Source: Pocillopora damicornis (lineage: Eukaryota). Taken from it: a DNA stretch of 64,000 bases. Numbering within the stretch: the first letter of the stretch is position 1; each line of letters starts with the position of its first letter. The position numbers and the translations under genes were made by a program. Of the stretch, positions 27,101-39,308 are shown one piece after another. Location: assembly GCF_003704095.1 (NCBI RefSeq), contig NW_020846013.1, positions 62,001-126,000 of the forward strand, given 5' to 3'. The notes beneath the pieces were generated by a model. It was not told the origin of the DNA. It saw nothing but the letters and a program-made list of their open reading frames with translations, and ran no database searches.

Positions 27101-30100
27101 CAATGAAAGTTGACATGAGCAGGGTATTAAAGATTGTTGTTGTTCTTTATAATTATCAAAAGTTAACTCCCAGAAGTGGTTAAGATGTAACTTCTCCCTA
27201 ATATATCCATACNNNNNNNNNNNNNNNNNNNNNNNNNNNNNNNNNNNNNNNNNNNNNNNNNNNNNNNNNNNNNNNNNNNNNNNNNNNNNNNNNNNNNNNN
27301 NNNNNNNNNNNNGATTAAACTTTGCATGTTCTGGTTTGTAAAACAACTCATATGTGACACATCCATCATCACTCTGCTGATAGAAAAGGGGGAAAAATTG
27401 TCACAGTTATTAAAAAAAAGTACTGATAATTTACAGGGTTTTCCAAAAGTTTTTGAAGTGAATGGCTGCATTGGTCATGTGAACCACAATCCCAGATGCC
27501 GTGTTAAGTGTAAAAAGGCTTGACAGGGTTCTGGATGTTAGAATTTAACATGCAGATGCTCTAAAAATGCTTTTTTCAAGGTTTCTTTTCTGCCAAACCT
27601 TAAAGAAAATAGAAATGGAATTTCATGGATTTATAGTACTGGTAAATGATGAGAACAAATTTGCTCCGCTGCTTAATTAAAGGAGATTTAATTTCAAGAT
27701 TTGACTTTGATTTCTCCAAAACTAATGTACAAAGCTGAGAGTGGCCAGCCAACACAACAAGGTAGGAAACATTCTTTGCCAGCAGCTGGCTACTTTTAAC
27801 TGATTGCAACCTCAATTTCTGGCTAAAAAAAAAGTTAGTCAATTATGTCCCAGAATGTTGATCTCACAGAGTTTCAATTTTCCAATTTTTTCAGGGGAGC
27901 ACGCCCACAAACACTTTTGAGGGGTGTGTTGCAAAGCAACATGCCTCACTGGCTGATTTCAGTATGACAAAGAAAGAATCCCAGATGTCCATCATAGACA
28001 CTTTTATCATATTAAGCAATTCACATCATGCTTTGTGCCTCTTGAAAATACCCTACTTAATTTTTCAAACATGTCAATTTTGAGACAGCACTTCAAATTC
28101 AAATTTCCCTTTTCAAATTGCCCTCTGATATAAAAAAAAATCAAAAAGAGAAAACAAAACAATAAACACCTTAGTTTGCTTCCCACTTGCTGCCTCAGCT
28201 GTTTTAAATGCTTCAAGTTGAGTCTGTAGGCGTCTAGATATAAACAGAAGAACAATAAATAATTGACCACAAGTGCTCAACAACACAGGATTGTAAGTCA
28301 AACATATCTAATTTCATCTTTGATCTGGAAATTTATTTTTGTGTCCATCTCACAGTCATAAGCTTCTTAGCTGTTGAGCTTTGGTTTGACCATTGTGTTT
28401 TGTTCTTGGACAGGACATTTTTACTTTCAGAGTACCTCTCACCTCTGAGGGGAATATACACCTAAGTTGAGGGTTAAACATATAATATGTCTGCATTGGA
28501 TATTTTGTGAGTTTCATCATATTTTCCATGCCTCATGGGAACAAAAAAAAGTATGAGCAATGCACAAAATACCCACTCATATCATATGTTCAATGACAGA
28601 ATAAGGGGTTTATTATACCACAGGGATTATGATTTCATTTTCTAGTATTTTGGCTTATGGTTTTTGACCATGGCATATTTTGCATGCTCTGATGCCCTGA
28701 CATAGTAAAATAGCCTAACAGTGGAATAACAAAAACGGGTAGTGGCAAATGGCGGAATGTGAAAAAATACAGTAGCACTGGGAGAGGGAGAGGGTAGGGT
28801 AGGGGAGTAAAGCTGTGAAAGAATAGCATCCCTTCCAGGGGAAGTAGCACTGCCCCTAGTTACTTCATGTTCTATAAACAGGGAGGAACTCCAGGGGAGT
28901 AAGGTGTTGGGCTTGAGACCTTTGCCTGCCATCTAGGGAAGTGTTATATGCAGGTGACTATGTTTTCCTCTAAGAACACTTGCATAAAGTTTTGCCTAAC
29001 ATTTATCGCAAAGTTTAACATATCAACTTGACTTACTGTGACAACCCAGCTTGAGGTGTTGAAGCCACAGTCAAAGCCTGTAACAAAAAGTAAAGAAAGC
29101 ATTGGAGCTGAAAGTTTTTTCCAAGTGAAAGAATTAGTCAGTTGGGTGAGAAAGAAGTTGGCACGTTGGTCCTTGTCAGGAGCCTGGATCATAACACATA
29201 CCTGGCACAATTTTAATTTCAAGGGTGTGGAATATTTGCCAAGTACCTTAAGGATTCAATTTAGCACCAGAGGTGTTTATTTACTTATGACGCCTTTAGA
29301 AGAGCATTTATAAGAGACAGGGCAATTATTTCTTTTTCAAGAAACAGGAGGAAGTGTTAAACAAAGATTTGATGTTTATTTTAAAGGGAACAATAGCAGA
29401 ATCTGCAAGGGTAACATATATACATTGAATCTTTCCAGCATAATGTTAGGGAGTCTACTCTAGCAGTGCTATCACTAAAACAGAATTGGGGCACTTATTA
29501 ATAAAACAAATTCCAGTGGGGGGGGGAAGGGCACCTATTTGAGAGGGTCACTTATTGGAACAAGGACGATAAATCAAAATCATTACAGTATTTGTACACA
29601 ACTTGAATTTGCCTTACTTTTGCCAATAAACCCTTTTTTATTGCTGGGCCTCCTGTGACCTAGCTGGATTTTAAGACACTGCTGTTTCCTTCTGACAAAA
29701 GCAAAACACGTCTCTTCACACACCAGCCCACCAAGTTTAAATCTCTCAGTTTGCCAGCTTTTATTCCGTTTTTTGAAGTTACAATTTGGTTTATGAATTT
29801 TTGATTCAGTGAACACTGATATGTCTGTTGTGAGTTTTTGTACACACCACTGTCAAAAGATCCTTGACCCAAAATTTTATTATAGTTTATTATACTTCAG
29901 CAAAAGACAAAGACCAACATACCTCCTTCCCAAGGACATTCACCAAATGTAAATCTTCAAGCTAAAACAGATCAATGGCAAATGATAAGTTTATGCATAA
30001 ATGCATGGAACAGACTTCCAGTAAGATGCTTTACNNNNNNNNNNNNNNNNNNNNNNNNNNNNNNNNNNNNNNNNNNNNNNNNNNNNNNNNNNNNNNNNNN

Positions 30101-32733
30101 NNNNNNNNNNNNNNNNNNNNNNNNNNNNNNNNNNAAGGGGGCAAATAGGTTAACTTAACCCTTTAACTCCCAAGATCTGATTGCTGATTCTTCCTTCTAG
30201 CTGCTACACATTTCTTTGTAAATTAGTTATAAGAATATAGTGTTAGATCAGGATAACAACTTCTACCTGATAAGTTTGAGTACTCTCGTTACCTGTTTGC
30301 TGGATAATGGATGGATATTGTAAGGAGAAGTTTCATGTTAATCACTTCTGGGAGTTAGAGGGTTAACATGCACAAAAGAGATAAAATTGAACACTAATTA
30401 AAAGCAAATGTGTCAACAATTTTGTTGCTGATTGAAGTTGGAGAGAGACACCAAAAGAACTAAATGTTTTATACCAGTTCACAATACAGTGATTACTAGG
30501 ACTCAAACCATGATCTGTGGTTAAAAAAGGCCCAGTTTCAAATCAGCCACAGATCTCTCAGCCATAAACACAAGCTCACCTTAATTTGCTCTAGTTCTTC
30601 TGCCAGCTCTCGGATCTCATGCTGAAGACGATTAAATTTATTCTGAGGTGTCTCTTTAGCTGCTCCTTCTCCTAGCATTTCATATTCAGTTTTTGTAACA
30701 TAGCCTTTCATCTGTTCAGGACCACACCTTCCTGAAAAATCTGGAAAAAAAGCAAAAAAAAAAAAAAATTACAAATTAAAGTTTTTGTTCCAAATATATT
30801 CAAATGACATATAATCTTCCATGTTTAATCTGCTCTGCATATATTATGTATCATGTTTGTGTATCAGTGTTGACTCTAATGATGACTTCTGCTAAGGTTG
30901 TTAAAATCAACAGTGGTTTAGCATGGTCTCTACTCTTATTGACAACTATATTTGTCATCACAATGGTCAAAATGTTGTGAGCTCATGCAGTGCATGAACA
31001 TTGCATGACACATTCACACAAGCAATGTTGTCTGTACTCCTATCGACAACAGCAAATTGGCCAATCAGAATGTGATATTACTGCCAGTGCTGGTAAAATA
31101 TCAGTCATAAATCCAGACAAAAGTCTGTTTTTTCAATAAGACCACAATATCAACTGTTACTCCTGGATACAAACCATTTACCATTATCTAATATAAAAAT
31201 TAAGCTTCACGTCAATTTATTAGCATTTAATTCAAAATACGCTGGGTTCCTAAGAGGGCTAAATAATATTTAGGTCAATGATAACATTATTTAACCATTT
31301 CCACTCTCACATCAGTCTGCATATCTCCATACTGTTCTCTATACATTCCTTAAGGTGCTGACAAGGAGAATTTGTCTAACAATCTAGAGTTTCTTGTGTT
31401 TGTGATATTTCCTTTACACTTATGACCTTCAGGGGGTGATATCATAAAGGGAAATTAGATGCTAGTCACTCTTACAGTTCAAAAGGTTAACTCTTTAACC
31501 CCTAAGAGTGATTATTAACCATTTCCTCCCATCAATATCACCCCAAAAACAAACATTGAGGTCATGAGAATGAAGGAAATGATCACCAACTCAAGAAGCT
31601 CTTGATTGTTAAACAAATTCTCCTTGTCAGTGCCATAGGAAATGTATAGAGAACAGTGTGGAGAAAATATATACTGATGTTACGGTGCAAAGGATCAAGA
31701 AAATGTGGATCCTCTTTTATGACCGTTGTTGCAGGAAGCATGTTAAAAACTTTTTTTTTATGTTAATAATATGGTTGTTATTTGAGACTTGTAAGTACTG
31801 TGACCTCAAGAGAACAGTGAGTTTTCCACAACACTGCATACTTAGTCAATAAATTGAAATTGCAAAGGCCATTATAGTTTGAAAATATTGTTTCGTGTCT
31901 CATCATTTTCTGTACAGTCTGTACAGCCCATTAATCAATTGTTCAAACACACCTAATTTGGTTTGTTTAATTAAGTTCTGGAGTCAAGTTAAAACTATCA
32001 CTTACCAGTATTCCCTGGGTCTAAATATTTTCCACTAAATTTCTCAAATGCTTCTTTAGCATCAATTTTTAACAAATGAATACTTTCATCTCCATTCTGC
32101 ATCTAAATAATTATACAAAACAGTAAGAGGGGTAGTAAAAATTAAGGCACCTTAATAAGCAGTCACCCTGTACTAAGCAATTGGTTTTCAAAGTCTTGCA
32201 ATGCTTCCCCATAATTACTTTAACTTTTCACTTTTCCTCGTTCCTTTTTTCCCTTCCAGATCTGAAGCGACTTTTTTTTCTTTCCTAACATAACAGCGCA
32301 TTGAAAGGATAGAGCCAAAATATACAAAAACTGATGGAAATTATTCTAGAGTGAATTTAAGTTGAAAGAGGGACTTTATATTAAATGCAATATTTTAGGA
32401 TGTTTAAGCTTAAGTACATGTAATGAACATTAAGAATTGCAGAGAATTGATAAATCAGTTTCAATTCTCCTTCAGTCATAAAAGTTTTGAATAGCAAAAT
32501 ATTTTACCGAAGGGTCACCCTCCTGGTTAGTTTTCTCCATAACATCGGGTGTTTCGTAGACATCTGGCTGATTGTCCTAAAAGAAGGGTGAAACAGGGAT
32601 AAAATGTAACCAAAATCTAACGGAAGAGTGAAATTTACGTTTTAAGAAAAAAAAGGTAAAATAACAGAACAGTTAGGTTAAGAGGGATACTTACAATGCC
32701 AGGTAGTTCAGAATATCTGCTTCGAGCAGCCAT
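24103..32733 (-). CDS. DCTN2: Dynactin subunit 2 (p50/dynamitin)
   Basis: Motifs YSELPGI-DNQPDVYET, EYEMLGEG..KETPQNKFNRLQHEI, VTYELFYKPE and LKALHEQASQF match DCTN2. Exons 32733-32695, 32576-32508, 32102-32006, 30740-30580, [exon presumably in gap 30035-30134], 29961-29923, 29659-29618, 28233/28223-28170, 27376-gap, 26846-26802, 26115-26038, 25508-25437, 25340-25278, 25107-25068, 24756-24665, 24210-24103. Confidence 0.95.
26166..26403 (+). repeat. Degenerate (AATC)n microsatellite
   Basis: About 240 bp of aatc/caat units in a DCTN2 intron. Confidence 0.85.
30155..30366 (-). mobile_element. piggyBac-like MITE family B copy
   Basis: TTAA-CCC...GGG-TTAA termini; reverse-complement match to 45030-45240. 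Confidence 0.8.
31291..31698. mobile_element. Two family-A MITEs in inverted orientation sharing one TTAA (31487-31490)
   Basis: The left copy is the reverse complement of the right copy; both lie in DCTN2 intron 3. Confidence 0.8.
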
Positions 32734-33075
32734 GTTTGTAATTCTCGCTCAATACTTTGTAGCCTCTCCTTTCTATCGGTCGCTGAGCAATGTTACGTTG
32801 GGGAGCCTGTGTCATGTGTTAGGCTCTTAGGTAGCAAATGGTACATACGTGACGTGCGTGAAACGGGATGAGAATTCCTTCTTTGCTATCCTCGGCAAAG
32901 AGAAACGAAAAAGGGGTTAGAAAAAAAAAGGTATGGCAAGTGGAACGGTGTCTGTGATCGTAAGGTAACGGCTCCGAATTTCATTTTTCTTCGTCCTTCC
33001 GCTTATTTTGCGAACATCATTTTTCGCGAGCTCCCTTGTTCATGCGTGGATTAGAAATGTAAGCGCTTTACCCGC

Positions 33076-33288
33076 TTAACCCATTAACTCCCATGAGTGA
33101 CCAAGAAAGAATTTCTCCTTACAATATCAATACAATATCAACCCGAGGTAAGTGATGAGAATAAAGACAAATATCAATTTGGGGATAATTAGTAGATCCA
33201 ATACTAAATTCTTTGAACTACCATTATACGAATTGTAGGGCTGACAGTAAGGAGAATTACAAATTTGATCTGATAGTAAAGGGGTTAA
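33076..33288 (+). mobile_element. piggyBac-like MITE, related subfamily, between DCTN2 and 14-3-3 A
   Basis: ttaacccattaactcccatgagtgacc...aaaggggttaa; shares the atttctccttacaatatc core with family A. Confidence 0.75.
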
Positions 33289-34174
33289 CCGAAGCTAGGA
33301 AATTTTTTCCGGAGTTTTCATCTACGCAACGAATTTTTGTGCTTCAGAGGAAAAAAGATTTTTGTAGTTCGGAATGGCTTCAAAGTTTGGCTGAGAAAAA
33401 TTTATGCGATATTACGTTCCAGCAGAAGAACAATACTCAGAAAAAAAAACCAGATATTTGATTTCTTGGTCATTCATAGCACATACATTATACTTTTCAT
33501 CAATATTTCCCTAGAAATCCTTTTTAATCTTGGATGCATGTACCTCATTGCCTATAAGAGGACATACATCAAGCTTTCCCATTTCCGGAACGAGGTTTTA
33601 TTTTCTTCGCTATTTTTTTCTGTGAGCAGTTTTGAAAAAAACATAAGGTGAGATTGATTCAACATAAGTGAGAAAAGAAAAGTGTATGTTTTCCGGAAGT
33701 TACGATAGCTCCGGCCGGAGGCTGATTCGGAAAGTCTTCGACACGCCTTCGAACAACTCAGAGACTTCTAGTAATTCTTCGCTAGTCGTCATATGGACTT
33801 TTTAAATTGCACTCATCAACATTTTTTGTCACTGACTCAAAAAGAGTTGGAAGGAACGTTGGCAGGTGCATCAATGAATATAGTAGTCTCCATATGATGA
33901 TGGACACCATATTCGAGAAAAGTGTACGTGTCAAGAAAGAAGAAAGCAGAATTCCGAAGAAATGAAGTGAGAGCAATTTTTCATAATTACGTCATGCTTA
34001 CCACTTCCCGGTTAGAAAGTTTCCCGGATGCTAACTACGATCATGATTGGTGGAAAACCGTGCATTAATCTGTAGAGGGAAGACAGCTCCCATCGATCGA
34101 AAGGCGTCCATCTGCTTGTAGAAGGTTTCGAGTGTGCTTGTTATAGTTATTATTGTTACCGTGAATTGGACGCC

Positions 34175-34918
34175 ATGTCGAGCCCTGCCGATTTAGTTGC
34201 GAAGGCCAAGCTGGCTGAACAAGCTGAGCGTTATGATGATATGGTTACATATATGACAAAATTAGTGGAATCAACTAAGGAGGTCCTTTCTGACGAACAG
34301 AGAAATCTACTTTCAGTGGCTTACAAGAACGTGGTAGGAGCGAGAAGGTCTGCCTGGCGAATTATTTCGAACTTAGAGGATAAGGCAGAGGGTGACGAAG
34401 TTAAAAAGGAAATTGCGAAGAGTTATAAGCAGACCGTGGAAGGTGAACTGAAGGAAAAGTGCAACGAAGTCCTTAAATTGATCAAAAATCTACTGGCTGT
34501 GGTGGAAGATGCTACGAACCAAGAAGAAGCTAAAGTTTTCTACTACAAGATGCAAGGAGATTACTATCGCTACCTTGTGGAGATCGAGGATAGTGATTCA
34601 GGTGATAGGAAGACGCTGAGCGAAGAATCTAAAAAAGCTTATGAACAAGCTAATGAGGAGAGTAAAAAATCTTTGTCAGAAACGAACCCCATCCGCCTTG
34701 GATTGGCGCTGAATTTCTCTGTGTTCTACTACGAGATCGAAAACAACTCCTCAAAGGCATGCGAGCTGGCAAAAACGGCCTTCGACGATGCGATAGCTAA
34801 ACTGGACGACGCAAAAGAAGATTCTTACAAAGACAGCACCCTGATAATGCAACTTCTCCGCGATAATCTAACTCTGTGGCAGTCAGAAGATGATGGTGAG
34901 CAACAGGGAGACGATTGA
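34175..34918 (+). CDS. 14-3-3 protein, copy A (intronless CDS)
   Basis: [71 protein letters not shown]; ATG at 34175 in gccATG context. Confidence 0.97.
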   Translation: MSSPADLVAKAKLAEQAERYDDMVTYMTKLVESTKEVLSDEQRNLLSVAYKNVVGARRSAWRIISNLEDKAEGDEVKKEIAKSYKQTVEGELKEKCNEVLKLIKNLLAVVEDATNQEEAKVFYYKMQGDYYRYLVEIEDSDSGDRKTLSEESKKAYEQANEESKKSLSETNPIRLGLALNFSVFYYEIENNSSKACELAKTAFDDAIAKLDDAKEDSYKDSTLIMQLLRDNLTLWQSEDDGEQQGDD

Positions 34919-36364
34919 TAAAGGAGTTTGGAAGCGTTTGTGTACTTTAGACTACAAACTCAGCGCTGAGAATGACTGAGTGGTTTTCATTGGAAAGAAT
35001 ATTCACTTACTAATTAAGAGTCGATAGAAGCGGTGACGGAAATCAATACTTTTGCTTACTGATTCTTTCCTGACCAGTTCCTTCACTCATGTTTAGATGT
35101 CATTGATTTGGTGTAGCGCAAGATAGACCTCTGGAAGTTTTCAAAGCTTTTACATAATTAACGGTGAATGCCATCTCAGCTAATATTAAGACAGAAATAT
35201 GTGAATTATACGTCAAGAAAGCAACGTTCTTATGGTGTATAGTGTAATCTTGTTTGCATATAACATTATAAAAAAATTGTAAAGTTAATTCAAAGTCAAT
35301 TACGATGCAATTCTTTAATGTGCTACACTTTGTTGTTTGTCTAAGTCCTAGATCTCCGATGCTGCTCACATTAGGCATACTTACTAAAGAATGGAATACA
35401 TTATAGATTAATTAAAGTGTGACTCTGAAAAGTTTCGTGGTATGTCACTAGGAAGCGCTATTTAATGGTAATATATAATTAAGGTGAAACCTCGTGCTTG
35501 TTTATATTGACGTTTAATTCTGAGCACTTAGCTGATAGTATAACATAAGCACTTTACTGTTGGATAATTTTTCGTGTACTCAGGGTGAATGAATATTTTT
35601 TCCGGTAGTTTTTTTCTCTACTTTATTTCTGCGAAACTGTTGACCACTATGGCAAGGTGACTTGCCAGCATGAACNNNNNNNNNNNNNNNNNNNNNNNNN
35701 NNNNNNNNNNNNNNNNNNNNNNNNNNNNNNNNNNNNNNNNNNNNNNNNNNNNNNNNNNNNNNNNNNNNNNNNNNNGCAAACAACCTACAATATCTAGGTG
35801 GCAAAAACTGGTGAGTACCCTCTGTCTGATACAGATATTTTATTTAGGGAAATAAAACCCGGATTTGCTCGAATTTGCTACGTTAAACATCTTCAAATAT
35901 ATTGGGGACATGTCATGCGAGGACAACACGCGAGACTGTTTGAAAAGTCACGCGATCGTCACACGTGTGTGACGCGCGAGTGTGACTTGTCACAGCGAAA
36001 CTACTAGCTATAAACTCATGGGGCGAAGAGCGGGTTTCGGGAAAGCGAGGGCAGATTTTTTCTTAATTTGCTGCGCGTGTTGATCATTTGTCGATAAATT
36101 TTCCGTATCTGCTGTAGATAGTATGCGATTCTTGTATATTTTCACAGGTATCGTCCAACACCCATTTCTATGCATTCCCGGTTAAAAAACCTCCCGGATG
36201 TTACTGGCGATGTTGATTGGCAGAAATCACGCAAAACTTCAGCTGAGACACGTGACCAAGGAAGAGAAAGAAGGCAGCTCCCTGCAATTTTACAGCGTCA
36301 ATTGAAATTTGTTTGAGAGGTTTCGTTCTGGGTGGGTTGTAGCATTTTAAATTGTGAAGTCAAG

Positions 36365-37120
36365 ATGAATCTGATAGAAGAAAATATTTACCGGGCAAAA
36401 ATAGCAGAGCAAGCTGAGCGTTATGAAGACATGGTAACGGCCATGAAAAAAGTAGTGGAAGAAATGGGAGATAAGGCGCTAAATCATGAGGAGAGAAATC
36501 TGCTGTCGGTTGCTTATAAGAACGTGGTCGGTGCACGGCGATCTGCGTGGCGAATTATTTCAAGCATAGAGCAGAAATCAGACAAGGATAAACCGGAAAA
36601 CGAGGGAAAATACCAATTCGCCGAAGAGTACCGTAAGAAGATTGAAGATGAATTGAAAGAAATGTGTAATGAAGTTCTAGAGTTGATCGATCGTTACCTC
36701 CTTCCCAAAGAAGAAGAAGGAACTAGTACGGCGCAGTTAGAGGCGAATGTGTTTTACCTGAAGATGAAGGGCGATTACTATCGCTACCTGGTTGAGATTG
36801 AAAAAGATGAGGAGAGGGAAGCAGTTGGGGGAAAATCGAACGACGCTTACAAGTTGGCTCAGGAGAAGGCTAAAGCGGGCTTGAGTCCCACTCATCCCAT
36901 ACGGCTTGGCTTGGCGCTGAATTACTCGGTGTTCTACTACGAAATCCAAAACGACCCTGAGGAAGCCTGTAAGTTGGCAAAATCTGCGTTCGATGAAGCG
37001 ATAGGAGAACTAGACAGTGTAGCAGAAGATACTTACAAGGACAGCACGTTGATAATGCAACTCCTTCGTGACAATTTAACACTGTGGCAGTCGGAACAGG
37101 ATGATAGAGACGGAGAATGA
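36365..37120 (+). CDS. 14-3-3 protein, copy B (intronless CDS)
   Basis: Same 14-3-3 signature motifs ([49 protein letters not shown]); first ATG at 36365 (aagATG). Confidence 0.97.
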   Translation: MNLIEENIYRAKIAEQAERYEDMVTAMKKVVEEMGDKALNHEERNLLSVAYKNVVGARRSAWRIISSIEQKSDKDKPENEGKYQFAEEYRKKIEDELKEMCNEVLELIDRYLLPKEEEGTSTAQLEANVFYLKMKGDYYRYLVEIEKDEEREAVGGKSNDAYKLAQEKAKAGLSPTHPIRLGLALNYSVFYYEIQNDPEEACKLAKSAFDEAIGELDSVAEDTYKDSTLIMQLLRDNLTLWQSEQDDRDGE

Positions 37121-39308
37121 AATCATTACAATTTGTCAGTGCAAGTCCGCTCTTTATGCCTGGAACCAAACGACTGGGTGATTATCTGTGTATACTGGAC
37201 AGGAGATAATGATACAGACATATTCTTTCAAATTCTAGTCAAACGGATTTTGGACGATTTAGAAATAGTATAGGTTGTTACGTATTTACCTTTCCCTCTG
37301 TACATTGTTGGTTGAATTTCAGTTATACTTCACAAGCAGTTGAACTATGCGATGCTAAACAAGTATTTGTATTTAAATAGCTAGGCGATTCGAAACCGTC
37401 CAGAGAAATTGAAGTGTGTTTATCTGTTCCTAACGAGGGATGATACGATGTTGTGTATGGAAGTGAATTAAAGTTTGTTTACTGCGTCAACTGACTTTAG
37501 TTTTCTATTTCAGTTCAAGCTAGTGCACAAAGGAATAGATCTATCGGGAATGACCTTTGAAATCACTTTTGTGTAAACATACCACGACAATATTCCTGAA
37601 CTCTGATGAAGATTGCGAAATTGTTGGCCGCAAAACTGGGTCTCAGTGTGTTGGTTTTCAATTCGTTTGTAAAGCTTCAGACATTTGGCGACTTGACATG
37701 CTTTTATATTTCCCCTTGTCGCCGTTGATGTTTAAATTTTTTACTTTAAACTAATACAGCAACACGAGTATGTAATTCCCAGCTGGGCGACTCTTTTCTA
37801 GCCAACGTTCGGAATCGCCGATCTTGGGTTTCATGGAAGGATATCACAGGGTAATCGAGACGAATACAAATTTACGACCATTTTTCACAGGAAAGTAATT
37901 GAAGATAGAAGGCGATGGCGAATCTAAACTTCTCTTCAAACCACTTGCAAGAGAAGTCCTTATTTATCGAAAATTATTCCAGTTTTGATGAAATGATCAA
38001 AGTCGTACGATTTGAATTTGCAAACTAGCCTATGTTGTAAAGAACCCTTTTTCAATATTTACTAAAAATGATTATATGATGCCACCTGGACCTCAACTGG
38101 ACAATGGTGTGGTAAAATAAAAAAAAATTACTACTGGAAAATTATCTGCTCCATTGTACTACAGTGCTTAAAAGATTATTGCACAACAAGCTTGCACTTT
38201 GTTACTGTTTACTTGTTACTTTGTTTAAATTCTAGGAATTTGTTGCGTTCGCATTAATCATAAATTTGGGTAAGTTTCTCCTCGTTAGATTGAACGTTAC
38301 ATTCCTTAGATCTGATGGTTAATTCTCCCTTCTAGCAGCCTCACATTTTCTTGTAAATTAGTTACAAGAATTTGGAATGAAATCAAGATAACTGAGTATT
38401 CTCGTTGCCTGTTCACTGGGTAATGTAAGGTGTTATAGGGAGAAGTTACATGTTAATCACTTCTGAGAGTCAAAGCATTAACCTACAGAAGTAACCAAGG
38501 AGTAACTTGTACTTCCAATAGCACAATGGAAAGCAGAAAGTTGATGAGAATAAAGAAAACTATCAACTGACAGATATTTGATTCAACTCTTAAATGCGTT
38601 GCCTTAATATTCTTAATGTGTTGAAATTAGTGAGGAAACTAAATGCTTTCACTCCTAAGATTTAAATAAGTAATTTTCCCTACTCTCTGCGATATCATTC
38701 TATTGGTTTAGGTAGATTGTGTTTCTTCAGAAACAAGAAACAGTAGAACCCTGCTGACTCAAATCCTGAAAAACAAGCTCCAATTGGCAGGAATCTGAGT
38801 TGTTGGGATTAGTGTTGAATTTCAAGATTGGTACATGTCAATCAGTTACATTCTTACACTTTGCCATTTAATGACTGCAATTTTTAATTAACTGTTTATA
38901 TTTTAACATCAATGGGCATATTCTCCATACTGTTCTCTATACATTTCTCATGACACAGACAAGGAGAATTTGTATTATCAAGAGCTTCTTGTATGGGTGG
39001 TCATTTTCTATATTCTCATAACCTTAATGTTTGAGTCAGTAGTGATAATGTGTACAGCAATTAGATGCCAGTCACTCTTAGGGGTTAAAGGGGAAAATTT
39101 TAAGTTATCAGGAAAAATTTAAGCCAAGACAAAGGAAATAACCTGTTTGAGTTAAAGGGGAGTTTGAGTTAGCTAATAATAAAGGACTATAAAAATGGGG
39201 TCAAATCCAGGGGAAATAGCATTTTATTGTAGTAAAAGGAGAGTTCAAGTAAACTGTGCTTGAATTAACAGGATTCTATTACAGCTCTGTGTAATTAGAA
39301 AGCCTCTT

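Noticed and set aside
29202-29246. Possible extra 45-nt DCTN2 exon (VLGKYSTPLKLKLCQ)
   Set aside because: It has AG/GT borders but a weak pyrimidine tract, no similarity to dynamitin, and it does not fix the phase conflict.
37585-37626. Hammerhead-like core cgacaaTA..CTGATGA..GAAAttgttg
   Set aside because: Stem III pairs, but stems I and II cannot form properly; at best a degenerate relic or a chance match.
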